Source of the DNA: an uncultured Gammaproteobacteria bacterium
GTDB lineage: Bacteria > Pseudomonadota > Gammaproteobacteria > DRLM01
Reading direction: 5' to 3'
Assembly (NCBI GenBank): GCA_963729605.1
Contig: CAVSNY010000007.1
Location: forward strand, 576,001-640,000
DNA length: 64,000 bases
Part shown: positions 10,152 to 19,466 of the stretch, one piece after another
How the letters are laid out: each line of letters begins with the position of its first letter
Position numbering within the stretch: position 1 is the first letter of the stretch
Notes under the pieces: model-generated
Database searches by the model: none
What the model saw: only the letters and a program-made list of their open reading frames with translations
Told to the model about the DNA's origin: nothing
Made by a program: the position numbers and the translations under genes

Positions 10152-10660
10152 AGGTTCAACGTTCGCGCTTGCCGAGCGCCCGTGTTGAGCGTTGGGTTGG
10201 GGCTCATGTTGTACCGTGCCATGATGGTTGCAGCGACATCTCGGTGAACTTGGGTGGACGGATGAAAGTGGATCTCTGTTTGATACATTGGCCACTGTCC
10301 GGCGCAGCGGATAAGGAAAACAACTTCCGCCTCAACCGTCTCGATGTCTAGCGTCGGATTCTCCGTCGGAGGATCGTCGTGGCACCATACGTCGAGGAAC
10401 GCCTCGGTGAGGTCGTGGCGCCATGCGTACCCGTAATACCCTCCCTTGCCCGCAGCATTCCAACCGAAGCGCAGGCGGTTCCTAACCGATTGCTTGGTGA
10501 CGCCGACGTAGATTGGCCGTTCATCAACGCTCGCAATATAGAGTTTTGGCTTCGTCGACGTCGCAATACCCGAGAAGTTGGCCGTCCCCTTCTCGCATTC
10601 GACGACGAAGGCAATCTCGTCAAACGTGAGCTTGTAGCGCTGAGGGCCGGTAATGCGCAT
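10148..10660 (-). CDS. Integron cassette gene E: hypothetical, GIY-YIG-like motif
   Basis: KLYI...IYVGVTKQSVRNRL; between two attC sites; reads through its own attC. Confidence 0.6.
   Translation of the reverse strand: MRITGPQRYKLTFDEIAFVVECEKGTANFSGIATSTKPKLYIASVDERPIYVGVTKQSVRNRLRFGWNAAGKGGYYGYAWRHDLTEAFLDVWCHDDPPTENPTLDIETVEAEVVFLIRCAGQWPMYQTEIHFHPSTQVHRDVAATIMARYNMSPNPTLNTGARQARTLNL
10152..10203 (-). other. attC site, truncated by the IS end
   Basis: CCCCAAC-ccaacgctcaacacgggcgctcggcaagcgcgaacgttgaacc. Confidence 0.55.
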
Positions 10661-10667
10661 GCTATGA

Positions 10668-10730
10668 GCCCCAACGCCCAGCATCAGCGAGTGGCGCGTA
10701 GCGCCGTCCGCTGCATGCTGTTGTTGGCGG
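10668..10730 (-). other. attC site
   Basis: CGCCAAC-aacagcatgcagcggacggcgctacgcgccactcgctgatgctgggc-GTTGGGG. Confidence 0.85.
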
Positions 10731-10738
10731 CTTAGCGG

Positions 10739-11668
10739 TCATTTCGAGTGCTTCTCTTCGTACATCTGTTTGTCGGCGGCTAAGCAGGCACCAACGAGTC
10801 CGACCGCCGGGTCGCGCATGGCGAGGCCAATGGAAGCCTTGACGTTCGCTTCGCTTAGCGCCGTCCGAACACGCTTGAGGAACGTCTGCGCGTCGGAACG
10901 GTCGCATTCGGCGAGGAGGATGCCGAACTCATCTCCCCCCAGACGCGCAACGATGTCGCTTGTCCGGGCAACGTTGCGCAATGCAGCGCTCGCGCGCACG
11001 ATGAGCGCATCGCCTGCCGCGTGCCCCTCCCTGTCATTCACTGCTTTCATGTCGTCCAAATCAATGATCAAAACTGCCGCAGGATGGCCATACCGGAGGC
11101 AGCGCTCCTCTTCGGAGGCCAATAGGCGATCCCAACCGCGCCGGTTGTACAAACCCGTCAGTTCGTCCGTCAACGCCTCGACTTGGAGTTTCTCGGAACG
11201 GCGGGTCTCCTCTGCGGCCTTAAGCTCAGCCTGAAGAATCGTGCTCAACATGGCTGCGAGCAACTCCACGAGTTCTTGCTCTTCGACGATCGACTCGGGT
11301 TGGGGCGAGGGGTGAATTGCACATAGCGTCCCAAACAGGCTCCCGTCCGAGCGCACCAAAGGCAGACCGACATACGACCCGATCTGGACCTGACGCCCGA
11401 TCGGCGCCCCTTCATATGCAGGGACGTCCGCCGAACGCGGCGCAATGCGGGGGCCGTTACCCTTGACCATCTCGGAGCAAAATGAATCGGCCCAACGAAA
11501 AACCGTACCCGGCTCGACGCCGTAACCGTGATCCTCGCTCTGCAGCACGATCCAGTCGTCACCCTCTGTCCGGGTGACCATCCAGAGATCGAAACCCAAT
11601 CGCCGGTGGAGAAATGAAAGCACCTCCCGCCCGGCTGATTCGAAATCCCTGATGCAATCCGTATTCAT
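10739..11668 (-). CDS. Integron cassette gene D: GAF + GGDEF diguanylate cyclase
   Basis: TDELTGLYNRR, RLGGDEF; GAF region SYVGLPLVRSDGSLFGTLCAI. Confidence 0.92.
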   Translation of the reverse strand: MNTDCIRDFESAGREVLSFLHRRLGFDLWMVTRTEGDDWIVLQSEDHGYGVEPGTVFRWADSFCSEMVKGNGPRIAPRSADVPAYEGAPIGRQVQIGSYVGLPLVRSDGSLFGTLCAIHPSPQPESIVEEQELVELLAAMLSTILQAELKAAEETRRSEKLQVEALTDELTGLYNRRGWDRLLASEEERCLRYGHPAAVLIIDLDDMKAVNDREGHAAGDALIVRASAALRNVARTSDIVARLGGDEFGILLAECDRSDAQTFLKRVRTALSEANVKASIGLAMRDPAVGLVGACLAADKQMYEEKHSK

Positions 11669-11688
11669 TTTACGCCTCTCTATAAACC

Positions 11689-11776
11689 GCCCAACGTCGC
11701 CGTTCAGAGGCCGCGTCAGCGGCGCGAAGCGCAGCCCAGCTGGCAAGCGGTCCACTGCAACGGCTGGCTATTATGT
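11689..11776 (-). other. attC site
   Basis: ACATAAT...gccgttgcagtggaccgc...gcttcgc...gcggcctctgaacggcgac-GTTGGGC. Confidence 0.8.
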
Positions 11777-11777
11777 C

Positions 11778-12200
11778 TCACTCTTGGACAACCCACTCGG
11801 GATTCCACGCCACTTCCCACAGATGCCCGTCAGGGTCTTGGAAGTAGCCCGCGTAACCACCCCAAAAGGTGTCGTGCGCTGGCTTCACGACAACTGCACC
11901 CGCTCTCCTGGCCTGGTCCATAACTGTGTCGACTTCGACTTTCGAGGAGACGTTGTGCCCAATGGTGAAATCGGTCGCGTTTGGGTTGCCAAGAGCGATC
12001 CCGGTATCGTGCGCAATGCTCTTTCGCGGCCAAAGCGCGAGCTTCAAACCGGCCTCGAGCTCGAAGAAAGCCACTGCGCCATGCTCGAACTGTGTGCCGA
12101 CAACGCCCTCGGTCTTCAAGCACAGACCGTCACGGTAGAACCGGACTGCCCTTTGTAGATCGTCAACACCGAGAGTGATGAGCGTTATCCGGGGTTTAAT
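11778..12200 (-). CDS. Integron cassette gene C: VOC/glyoxalase family protein (start codon reads ATT)
   Basis: (I)KPRITLITLGVDDL...TFWGGYAGYFQDPDGHLWEVAWNP. Confidence 0.85.
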   Translation of the reverse strand: MKPRITLITLGVDDLQRAVRFYRDGLCLKTEGVVGTQFEHGAVAFFELEAGLKLALWPRKSIAHDTGIALGNPNATDFTIGHNVSSKVEVDTVMDQARRAGAVVVKPAHDTFWGGYAGYFQDPDGHLWEVAWNPEWVVQE

Positions 12201-12218
12201 GCGCTGACGCTCCGTGAG

Positions 12219-12439
12219 GCATAACTCAAAGTAGACCCCAATATCGGGGTGTTATAACACACCATTTTAGTACCTAGTCCCGCTGATATAGCTATAAGCC
12301 TGTGCTTCAATTGGCCTCAGCCTATATCAATCCGTAAAAGTACACCACTAAACGCACGGAGAAATAGGGCGTGAAGAACTAGCCGAGTCTTATGATCGAG
12401 CTCGTCGCGCTAGTGGCATGAGGGTGACCGAATATTCTC
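12219..12439 (-). promoter_or_regulatory. attI-like/leader region, copy 2
   Basis: GGTCTAC-TTTGA-GTTATGC; homologous to 7644-7865 and 13629-13849. Confidence 0.6.
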
Positions 12440-12598
12440 TTACCCCCGCAACGCCTCAATCAACTTCCGCAATGCCTGCCCGCGATGGCTCAAACTGTTC
12501 TTGATGTAAGGCGTTAATTCGGCGGAGGAGCAGTCGTGGGTGGGGACGTAGAACACCGGGTCGTAGCCGAAGCCGTTTTCGCCGCGCGGTGAAAACAG
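12440..12598 (-). pseudogene. Duplicated 3' end of rdgB
   Basis: Nearly identical to 13850-14008. Confidence 0.9.
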
Positions 12599-12603
12599 CC
12601 TAT

Positions 12604-12769
12604 GTAGGTTGGGTTGAACGTAGTGAAACCCAACATGGAGTTACTGGTGATAACCGCAGACCAGGTGTGCCATGAAGAAACCCATCCCGCCCATTGCGCC
12701 AGTTTTCTGGTAACGCATCAATTAAATTGGCATGTGATGTTGGGCTTCATTTCATTCAGCCCAACCTAC
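12604..12769. repeat. REP doublet (REPIN-like), copy 3
   Basis: Near-identical to 6947-7112; abuts a truncated attC (GCCTAAC on the minus strand at 12781-12787). Confidence 0.85.
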
Positions 12770-12781
12770 AGGACTGAGATG

Positions 12782-13216
12782 TTAGGCCTCATAAAAGCTA
12801 AGTAATCCATGCTGACGCACCCATACAATGAATTTCTCGGCCTCTTGCGGCAACTTACGCCCACATAGTTGAAAGTTAACGACCGCCCGAACGAGCATTA
12901 AGACTGCGGCTTCGTCATCAAACGTAAACCGATCTTCTGCTGCGACCTTTGCGTGCTTTAAGGCGTTCCGAAGTTTGGACGCACGACCATACAGCGCTTC
13001 CTCTGACAGATTCAAGCCTCGGCGCTCACTCTCGTCATACATCATTCGAAGAATGTTCTTCTTTCCCGCGCGCCGCAGAATATTTCCACAGATCTCTTCC
13101 GCCGCACCTGCGAGAGTCATTACAGATACCAAGTCGCCATGCAGGAAATACAAGTCGCAGGCGGTCCTGATTTGACGCTCTGCCGCTTTCAGCTTCGTTA
13201 AGGCGTGCCGTGCCAT
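12782..13216 (-). CDS. Integron cassette gene B: hypothetical (possibly HEPN-like)
   Basis: AAERQIRTA..TLAGAAEEI..RNALKH (Rx4H); stop codon inside the attC R'' box. Confidence 0.7.
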   Translation of the reverse strand: MARHALTKLKAAERQIRTACDLYFLHGDLVSVMTLAGAAEEICGNILRRAGKKNILRMMYDESERRGLNLSEEALYGRASKLRNALKHAKVAAEDRFTFDDEAAVLMLVRAVVNFQLCGRKLPQEAEKFIVWVRQHGLLSFYEA

Positions 13217-13223
13217 TGGTAAG

Positions 13224-13286
13224 GCCTACCATGGAGCTAAGGGGCTGCGCGCTTTTGCGCAGTCCCACTTGAGCGCAGGGTTAGAC
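13224..13286 (-). other. attC site
   Basis: GTCTAAC-cctgcgctcaagtgggactgcgcaaaagcgcgcagccccttagctccat-GGTAGGC (R' degenerate). Confidence 0.85.
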
Positions 13287-13619
13287 CTTTGCTTTGAGTT
13301 TTGCACGAATAACAGATTTTGCCTTTTCATCTGCGCTGTCCCAAAGTGCGAATAGTCCGAATGCATAGAGCCGTTCGTTCATTGTCATACCATTGATGCC
13401 TTCAATTGCTTCAGCCTTAAACTGAATCCAGTCTTGGTAGAATTTATTTGAAACGTTAGTCTCTTTAAACCACACATTGCCGTGCCATTTTCCAACGACA
13501 TAGCTCAATTTTTCAATTGAATCTTCATTTCTTTTCCATTCATCAATCCAATAAGCCAACTGATTTCTTAGATCGGATTCACTGTCGGGAAGGGATTGGA
13601 CAAGATCGTCGAGGTTCAT
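13281..13619 (-). CDS. Integron cassette gene A: hypothetical (GMTxNERL motif)
   Basis: AT-rich ORF; stop in the GTCTAAC box. Confidence 0.75.
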   Translation of the reverse strand: MNLDDLVQSLPDSESDLRNQLAYWIDEWKRNEDSIEKLSYVVGKWHGNVWFKETNVSNKFYQDWIQFKAEAIEGINGMTMNERLYAFGLFALWDSADEKAKSVIRAKLKAKV

Positions 13620-13628
13620 CGGATAAAT

Positions 13629-13849
13629 GCCTAATCAAAGTAGACCCCAATATTGGGGTGTTATAACACACCATTTTTAGTACCTAATCCCGCTGATATA
13701 GCCATAACCCTGTGTCTTAATTGGCCTCAGCCTATATCAATCCGTAAAAGTACACCATTAAACGCACCGAGAAATAGGGCGTGAAGAACTAGCCGAATCG
13801 TATGATGGGGCTTATCGCTCTAGTGGCGTGAGGGTGGCCGACTATTCTC
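13629..13849 (-). promoter_or_regulatory. attI-like/leader region, copy 1 (directly after rdgB)
   Basis: GGTCTAC-TTTGA-TTAGGC (core lacks one G); palindromes ACCCCAATATTGGGGT and GTGTTATAACAC. Confidence 0.55.
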
Positions 13850-14440
13850 TTACCCCCGCAACGCCTCGATCAACTTCCGCAATGCCTGCCCGCGATGGCT
13901 CAAGCTGTTTTTGATGTCGGGCGTTAATTCGGCGGAGGAGCAGTCGTGGGTGGGGACGTAGAACACCGGGTCGTAGCCGAAGCCGTTTTCGCCGCGCGGT
14001 GAAAACAGGATGCGGCCTTCCCAGGTGCCTAGACAGATGAGCGGGGTGGGGTCGGCGGCGTGGCGCAGATACACCATCACGCATTGGAAGCGTGCGCCGC
14101 GTCGTGGTTCGGGTACGTCGGCGAGATCGGTCAGGAGTTTGTTCACGTTGTCGCGGTCGTTGGCGGCGGGGCCGGCGTAGCGCGATGAATAAATGCCGGG
14201 CGCGCCATTGAGGGCGTCGACTTCCAGACCGGAGTCGTCGGCGATGGCGGGCAGGCCGGTGTGTTGCGCGGCGTTGCGCGCTTTGAGGATGGCGTTTTCG
14301 ACGAAGGTGAGGCCGGTTTCTTCCGCTTCGATGACGCCGAATTGCGATTGAGGTTCGACGTGAAGATCGAGACCCGCGAGCAGTTGGTTGATCTCGCGGA
14401 CCTTGCCGGTGTTGCCGGTGGCGAGCACGATTTTTTTCAT
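13850..14440 (-). CDS. rdgB: dITP/XTP pyrophosphatase
   Basis: [26 protein letters not shown] motifs. Confidence 0.97.
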   Translation of the reverse strand: MKKIVLATGNTGKVREINQLLAGLDLHVEPQSQFGVIEAEETGLTFVENAILKARNAAQHTGLPAIADDSGLEVDALNGAPGIYSSRYAGPAANDRDNVNKLLTDLADVPEPRRGARFQCVMVYLRHAADPTPLICLGTWEGRILFSPRGENGFGYDPVFYVPTHDCSSAELTPDIKNSLSHRGQALRKLIEALRG

Positions 14441-14456
14441 CGGGAAAAATGTTCCA

Positions 14457-14553
14457 ACGCAAAGGCGCACGGATGCGAAGTATCGGTTTCAATCAGCAGC
14501 GGATTTTGAATTTCCATTCCTGTCTACCTTCGCGTCTTCGCGCCCTTGCGTCG
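14457..14553. repeat. Small intergenic inverted repeat pair
   Basis: aacgcaaaggcgcacggatgcgaag...cttcgcgtcttcgcgcccttgcgtc. Confidence 0.5.
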
Positions 14554-14561
14554 GATTTGAA

Positions 14562-15278
14562 TTATCCCGCCAGCGCCGCCCGCTGTTTGGCGGTGAGTTC
14601 GGCGATGCCGGTCTTGGCGAGTTCTAGCATGGCTTGCAGTTCGTCCATGCGGAAGGCGTGGCCTTCGGCGGTGCCTTGCACTTCGATGAAGGCGCCGGCC
14701 TCGTTCATCACCACGTTCATGTCGGTCTCGGCGTTGGAGTCTTCGGCGTAGTCGAGGTCGAGCACCGGCACGCCTTTATAAATGCCCACCGACACCGAGG
14801 CCACTTGGCCGTAGAGGGGATTTTTGTTCAGGCCGCCGTTTTTCATCAAATGTTTGACCGCGTCCACTAGCGCCACGTAGCCGCCGGTGATGGAGGCGGT
14901 GCGGGTGCCGCCGTCGGCCTGAATCACGTCGCAGTCGACGGTGATGGTGCGCTCGCCGAGGGCGCTCAAGTCCACCACCGCGCGCAGCGAGCGGCCGATC
15001 AGGCGCTGGATTTCCATGGTGCGGCCGCCTTGTTTGCCCTGCGCGGCCTCGCGCTGGGTGCGTTGGCCGGTGGCGCGCGGCAACATGCCGTATTCGGCGG
15101 TGACCCAGCCCTTGCCGCTGCCTTTGATCCAGCGCGGGGTGCGCTCGTCGACGCTGGCGGTGCACAACACGCGGGTGTCGCCGAACTCCACCAGCACCGA
15201 ACCTTCGGCGTGTTTGGTGTAGTTGCGGGTGAAACTGATAGTGCGGAGCTGATCGGGCTGTCTGCCGCTGGGACGCAT
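14562..15278 (-). CDS. rph: Ribonuclease PH
   Basis: [40 protein letters not shown]. Confidence 0.97.
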   Translation of the reverse strand: MRPSGRQPDQLRTISFTRNYTKHAEGSVLVEFGDTRVLCTASVDERTPRWIKGSGKGWVTAEYGMLPRATGQRTQREAAQGKQGGRTMEIQRLIGRSLRAVVDLSALGERTITVDCDVIQADGGTRTASITGGYVALVDAVKHLMKNGGLNKNPLYGQVASVSVGIYKGVPVLDLDYAEDSNAETDMNVVMNEAGAFIEVQGTAEGHAFRMDELQAMLELAKTGIAELTAKQRAALAG

Positions 15279-15424
15279 CGGGAATCCTATCTGTACTACT
15301 TTGGAAGGGGGGGCATTATAGCCCGCGGGCGGGGTGCGGGCCACGCTAAAAACGCCGGATTTTTCAATTTCCGGCGAAGGGCGTACCATGGCCGATCATT
15401 AAAAATAGCAACGAGGGGTTCGAC

Positions 15425-16291
15425 ATGATACGCAGTATGACGGCATTCGCCCGCCATGAGCGCGAGACGCCGTGGGGGACGCTGACTTGGGAGCTGCGTT
15501 CGGTCAATCACCGCTATCTGGAGGTCTATCCCCGCTTGCCCGACGATTTGCGCGCGCTGGAGACGCCGGTGCGCGAGCGTGTCACCGCCGCCCTGGGTCG
15601 CGGCAAGCTCGAATGTCAGTTGCGCTTTCGTTCCGTGGAGGCCGCGACCGCGGGCTTTTCGCTGGACCGGGATTTGATCGCCGGGCTGGTGGCCGCCACC
15701 GGCGAAGTGACGGCGGCTCTGCCCGCCGCCGCCGCGGTGAATCCCCTCGACGTGTTGCGTTGGCCCGGTGTGGTGCGCGCCGCGCCCCTCGATTATGAAG
15801 GCATCGCCGAGGCGGCGATGGCCGGTCTGAACCTGGCGTTGGCCGAACTGGTGGACACCCGCGAGCGCGAGGGGGCGAAATTACGGGTCCTGATCGAGCA
15901 GCGCTGCGACGCCATTGACACACAAGTCAGCGCGGTGACGCAGCGGGTGCCCGAGGTGCTGGCCCGGCAGCGCGAAAAACTCGTCGCCCGCCTCGCCGAG
16001 GTGCGCGCCGAACTGGACCCGTCGCGCCTGGAGCTGGAGATGGTGTTGTTCAGCCAGCGGTTGGACGTGGGCGAGGAAGTGGATCGCCTCGCCGCCCACA
16101 TCGGCGAGGTGCGGCGGGTGCTCAAACAGAAGGAACCGGTGGGCCGCCGCCTGGATTTTCTGATGCAGGAGCTCAATCGCGAGGCCAATACCTTGGGTTC
16201 CAAATCGGCGGATGTTGAGACCACCCGCGCCTCGGTGGAGCTGAAGGTCTTGATCGAGCAGATGCGAGAGCAGGTGCAGAATATTGAATGA
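15425..16291 (+). CDS. yicC: YicC family endoribonuclease
   Basis: MIRSMTAFAR, SVNHRYLE, GRRLDFLMQELNREANTLGSK, EQMREQVQNIE. Confidence 0.97.
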   Translation: MIRSMTAFARHERETPWGTLTWELRSVNHRYLEVYPRLPDDLRALETPVRERVTAALGRGKLECQLRFRSVEAATAGFSLDRDLIAGLVAATGEVTAALPAAAAVNPLDVLRWPGVVRAAPLDYEGIAEAAMAGLNLALAELVDTREREGAKLRVLIEQRCDAIDTQVSAVTQRVPEVLARQREKLVARLAEVRAELDPSRLELEMVLFSQRLDVGEEVDRLAAHIGEVRRVLKQKEPVGRRLDFLMQELNREANTLGSKSADVETTRASVELKVLIEQMREQVQNIE

Positions 16292-16471
16292 ACGTCCGCG
16301 ACGGCCCCGCGGCGTCCGCTGATAGCGGCGCAAGTTTATGTCGGTACTGGTTTTCCGCCTTGTGCCCCCTTCGAGGGGCTTCCGATACCATCCAAAAAAA
16401 TTATGTAGCTACAATGTGTAGCTAGGCGTGTAGCTAAGACGCGAAACCGCGATGACGATGATCAGCAGCCT

Positions 16472-16706
16472 GCTTATGGGGGCGCTACCGTTCTTCATCT
16501 TGCTTGTGATCTTTATTGAAGAGTCATGGCATACCATGCGTGTTACAAACGGAGAATGCTTTTTCTCTGAGGTGAAAAATAAATTCCTTCTACAACATCA
16601 TCCTCGTCCACTTCCATAGCCGATTCTTCGATAGGCTCACCTCCAAGCTCTTTAATGAATTCCGCCGTGCCCCAAATCGGGATAGGCAGACTCATGCTCT
16701 GTTGGG
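16472..16706. repeat. ~235 bp direct repeat (3' part and downstream of the small gene at 22123-22359)
   Basis: Highly similar to 22051-22286. Confidence 0.9.
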
Positions 16707-16800
16707 CAGCATCGATCCGGGCGCTGCCGCCTTCGCCAAGGTCAAGGCCGGCGCGAGCCTGATCCAGCTTTACACGGGGCTCGTTTTTCGCGGTTCGAGC
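16705..16800 (+). pseudogene. Dihydroorotate dehydrogenase (pyrD) C-terminal fragment
   Basis: SIDPGAAAFAKVKAGASLIQLYTGLVFRG. Confidence 0.7.
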
Positions 16801-17040
16801 TGGTTTCCGAGACAAGTCCGTTTGCTAAACTTCGTGCGTCTTGGCCGCTATGACTCGCTCGCAGACGACGCGGCGGCGGTGATGGCGGAACCATGGCTGG
16901 AGTAGCCACCCGCCCAAGCGTGCGGCCGAGACTCTCTTTTGTCTTTTCCTGTGGCCACCCCTTGTCATAGCACCAGTAAAAGTCAGGGCGAACATTTTCG
17001 CTTTTTACTTGATTTATAATCAGTGGTTTCTATACTAGAA

Positions 17041-17174
17041 ACTATCTCAAAATTGGGATATAGACTTCAAGCCGGTTAACTGTTTGCGCTCCATATCAGT
17101 ATTTCTCGTGAAATAATCAATGTTCATAGGCGTCATATGGGGCGAAGACTCTTAAAATCAATTTTGAGATAAGT
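17041..17174. mobile_element. ~130 bp MITE-like element, copy 2
   Basis: ACTATCTCAAAAT...ATTTTGAGATAAGT; homologous to 311-442. Confidence 0.65.
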
Positions 17175-17218
17175 TCTAATCAAGTTGACTTCCACTGGAA
17201 TCCCAAGGAGGGGCGGCA

Positions 17219-19306
17219 ATGCAGATTCTCAATCTCATCTACGATAAGATCAATGAAGTCATCGGCGGCACCAGCGAAAATCAATTTTTTACGTTGATGC
17301 TACCGGGAACGCTTCTTAACAAGGCGGACTTCACGAGCGGCACGAAGGCCAAGATCGCGATCCAGGAATCCAATCTCGTCCATGGTCTGCTCGACCTTGC
17401 CCAGGTTGTTCCGTCGCACAACGGGCGCAAGCTTTTCCGGCAGTACGAGTCGGCGCTTAGCGCCCTGCTGCCGAAGCTCGATCCGCAGGTGGAAACCTGG
17501 CGCAAGGGTTTGCGCCAGATGCTCGATCAGCAGATCGAGGTCACCATTGATGGCAACAAGGCATCGATGAAAAAGCTGGATTATTTCAATCGGTTGGTCG
17601 ATCAGTACGACCAGGCCGTCGCCGACTGGGAGGGTCAACAGCATAAGAAGCGGGACAGCCTGCTTGCCGATCCCAACATAAAGGACGCGACCAAGCGCGA
17701 GGATGCATTCGATGCCTGGTACAGCGACAACTACCGGGCGACGGAGGCGAAGATTCAGCACGCCTATCAACAGACGACCGCCGTCCTGTCGCCGGACGAG
17801 CAGACGCTGATCGACCGTGTGCTGGGCAGCGGCGATACCAGCCTGATGGACGCCGCCGAAATCTTGCGGTCGGCGCCTGTCCAATATCCCCAGGGCGTCG
17901 CCTATCCGGTCGAGTTCACCCCCGGCAACTGGCCGAACCTGTTGGACAGCGACTTCGCCTACGTCGATCTGCTTGCGTCTCCGGAAGCGGTCGCCAACAA
18001 ACTCGACGTGCAGCAGCAGATCGTCCAGGATTCCATCGACCGTCTCAATGCCCTCACCGTTAATATGCCGACTGACCTGCAAAGCGATCTCGATGCGCTG
18101 ACGCAGGCGCAGAGCGCCTATCAGGACGCGCAGGACAGTTTGCTGACGACCTACACCCGGAATGCAGCGACCGCGGTGAAGATCTATCTATCGAAAACGC
18201 AGTCTAAGAAAGACGACCAGGCATCCAAGACCAAAAACGTCAACGGCATTCTCGGTGGACTCGAGAAGGATTCTCCTTCCTCCGACGCGGATGAGGGCAA
18301 GACTGGCAGAGGCGGGACATTGACGGACGATGACGTCAATAAGATCATGGACGGGCAAAAAACTTTGATTGCGGCGCAGAGCAAGGTTCAGGCGACCGGC
18401 CTAAACATGGCAGACGCCGCGAACAAGGTCGGGCGCGACGAGGCAGAATACATGGATTTGCACATCTATGTGGATAAGCTCGCCGCCGCGCTCAAACAGG
18501 TCGTCGCATTGCGCAAGCAGCTAGATATCACGGCGAACGTGCCGTCGGACAGTGTGATCAACAAGATCTATCCGGACGCGAAATCCGAGGCTTTCACCGA
18601 GGCGCTGGTCACCTTCCAAAAGCAGGACATGTCGGATCAGTCCACCCTGACGACGAGCTTTTCACAGACGAGCTGGTCAGTCGACCTGTTCTTCGGCAGC
18701 GCCAGCGGCACCAAGTCAAAACAACAAACCGACTTCACCCACGACGTTATGTCGGACAGCACTGATTTCCAAATCGGCATGCTGCTGGCGAAGGTTGAGA
18801 TCGACCGGTCCTGGTTCGATCCCGGCATCTTCGACCGCACCCAGGACATGCACCGGATCGGCGCGACACCGATCTCGCACGGCCCCCTGAAACCGGAGCA
18901 GTTCAAGAACGCGAACAGCACGATCCTGCCGACCTTCCCGACCGCCTTTGTGATTGCCAAGGACATCACGATCAAGATCGCCATTGAGGCGGGAAAGACC
19001 AGCCAGGCCTCGCACGTGCTGGATACTCACGAGTCGGAGAGCGGTGGGTTCCTCTGCTTTAGCGTCTCGCATGTGGCCGCCGACCACGAGGAAAGCAAGG
19101 TGTTCTCCTCGCACGTGGAGGGGACCAACGTCGTGATCCGCATCCCGGCGCCGCAGATCATCGGCTGGTACCAAGAGTTCGTGCCGCTCGATCAAAGCAC
19201 GGAGCTGACCGACGTCGACGAGGCTTCGCTGTCGGGCTTCCTGTCCAGCTACCAGCGGGTGGTCGCGGGCGCCGCGGGGCAGCAAAACTTGCGGCAGGCG
19301 GTCTGA
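17219..19306 (+). CDS. 695 aa hypothetical protein; coiled-coil middle and candidate beta-pore-forming C-terminal domain
   Basis: AAGGAG RBS; no signal peptide; two Ser/Thr-rich hairpin-like segments (SWSVDLFFGSASG; SGGFLCFSVS) between core strands (DRSWFDPGIF, PTAFVIAKDI, IPAPQIIGW). ORF is solid; function is inferred. Confidence 0.6.
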   Translation: MQILNLIYDKINEVIGGTSENQFFTLMLPGTLLNKADFTSGTKAKIAIQESNLVHGLLDLAQVVPSHNGRKLFRQYESALSALLPKLDPQVETWRKGLRQMLDQQIEVTIDGNKASMKKLDYFNRLVDQYDQAVADWEGQQHKKRDSLLADPNIKDATKREDAFDAWYSDNYRATEAKIQHAYQQTTAVLSPDEQTLIDRVLGSGDTSLMDAAEILRSAPVQYPQGVAYPVEFTPGNWPNLLDSDFAYVDLLASPEAVANKLDVQQQIVQDSIDRLNALTVNMPTDLQSDLDALTQAQSAYQDAQDSLLTTYTRNAATAVKIYLSKTQSKKDDQASKTKNVNGILGGLEKDSPSSDADEGKTGRGGTLTDDDVNKIMDGQKTLIAAQSKVQATGLNMADAANKVGRDEAEYMDLHIYVDKLAAALKQVVALRKQLDITANVPSDSVINKIYPDAKSEAFTEALVTFQKQDMSDQSTLTTSFSQTSWSVDLFFGSASGTKSKQQTDFTHDVMSDSTDFQIGMLLAKVEIDRSWFDPGIFDRTQDMHRIGATPISHGPLKPEQFKNANSTILPTFPTAFVIAKDITIKIAIEAGKTSQASHVLDTHESESGGFLCFSVSHVAADHEESKVFSSHVEGTNVVIRIPAPQIIGWYQEFVPLDQSTELTDVDEASLSGFLSSYQRVVAGAAGQQNLRQAV

Positions 19307-19325
19307 CCCAGCAGACAGCCGACAC

Positions 19326-19353
19326 GTGAAGGCGGCGCCAGCGCCGCCTTCAC
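19326..19353 (+). terminator. GC-rich hairpin between the two genes
   Basis: gtgaaggcggcgc-ca-gcgccgccttcac. Confidence 0.45.
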
Positions 19354-19466
19354 TCCGTGCTGGCCGCACTCTCAAACAACAGCGGGGCCGACTAGCGCGC
19401 GCAATCGCCGATGAATGACCCTGGCATTAGCCCAGCAAGCGGCCGGTCAGGTCGATGGAGAGGGAC

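Noticed and set aside
16543-16815. 90 aa ORF as a real gene
   Set aside because: Chimera of antisense pyrD fragment and the duplicated 3' end of the gene at 22123-22359
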